From: Octopus vulgaris
Taxonomy: Eukaryota
Length of the DNA stretch: 64,000 nucleotides
Assembly (NCBI GenBank): GCA_951406725.2
Contig: OX597816.1
Span: 141,174,001 to 141,238,000 of the forward strand
Direction of reading: 5' to 3'
This document shows, one piece after another, positions 63,047 through 64,000 of this stretch. Within the stretch, counting starts at the first letter, position 1, and each line of letters begins with the position of its first letter. The notes below the pieces were generated by a model, which saw only the letters and a program-made list of their open reading frames with translations, was not told the DNA's origin and made no database searches. The translations under genes were made by a program, and so were the position numbers.

Positions 63047-63869
63047 AATATATATATATAACACATAAAATTTCATGATTTATTTGTTTGTCTATATATA
63101 TATATATATATAGCATGGAGTGAGGGCAATGCTCAAGACCTTTCCAAACCACTCCAAACTGGTGGATGGTTGATGCAACCAATGTTCAGTCTGAATACCT
63201 ATATTGTGAGCTATTTACTTGGTGTCTGTCTATTATTTATTTGCCAGTATATTTATTGAATATTTTGTTAAAAAGATGTGTGTGTGTATGTACATATGTA
63301 GCAGAAGCATGATTGCTCTTGAACTTTAGCTACCCACAATGTGGCTTTTTACTTTTAGCTACCCATTTTGGTTCATCACATGAGGGTCAAGTCCATTTAG
63401 CCCTACTTGGACTGTCCATCCCTTAATATGATGGACTAGCCTAGTGTCTGTACATCAGCTATAAAATGGGAGCACTTTGCCTGTTAATTTCTCAGGGAGG
63501 TGAGTTTTTGCTACAAGCAGTTTTGGATCTTTGATGTGAGAGCAGTTTGATTCCACTTTGCAGCTTCAACATTTTGAACAGAATTGTAACCGGAATCCTT
63601 GACAAAATGTTTCTCAACTTACCAACATTTTAAACAGGATTGTAACCAGAATTTTTGATGTTATGCTTCAGGGTTTTCAAACTCTTTATTTTCATTTTTA
63701 TCAGTACTTGAATGTATACAATGTATTGATGGTTATTAATGTCCTACCAGTTTGCTAATTTTAGTGATAGTAATAAATGCTTCTGTACAGTTAATTGTAA
63801 CTTGTCTTTGAATTTGTTTGTTGATATTCATCATGACTTCATTGTTTATTGATATTTATCCAGACTTCA

Positions 63870-64000
63870 TCTCTCTCTATATAAATGGTAGTTTGTCTGT
63901 GTGTGTGTCTGTCAGGTTGTACCCTCACCCTGACCACGGCTTTCAACCGATTCTGATGAAACTTGACACACACATAGCCCAATGTCATAATTCAAAACTA
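63870..64000 (+). mobile_element. 5' end of a possible Helitron-like non-autonomous element, running off the window
   Basis: a|tctctctctatataaa…gtctgtgtgtg…caaccgattctgatgaaacttgacacac, a pattern typical of such elements. Confidence 0.45.

Overview
AT-rich, microsatellite- and SINE-dense animal genomic DNA. The repeat families resemble those I recall from Octopus, so the organism call is an inference. Two intron-rich genes lie in tandem on the minus strand. (1) SUCLA2, the ADP-forming succinyl-CoA ligase beta subunit: 10 coding exons traced from 60469 to the stop at 36750; the first exon was not found and probably lies beyond the right edge. (2) A retinoblastoma-family gene whose exon sizes and phases fit RB1 itself: ATG at 24208, 8-9 coding exons traced down to 2497, continuing off the left edge. 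The ORF track shows only parts of the RB1 gene because its exons are short. SUCLA2 sits on the 5' side of RB1, as it does at human 13q14. The rest of the window is transposon-derived: two deleted Tc1/mariner elements, TTAA and hAT MITEs (some nested), Helitron-like elements, several SINE families, and RTE, Penelope-like and other LINE relics. There is also a set of long hairpin/foldback elements sharing an AAAACCACTAT motif. Exon boundaries were read by hand; most repeat boundaries are approximate; human exon sizes and gene order are recalled, not looked up.
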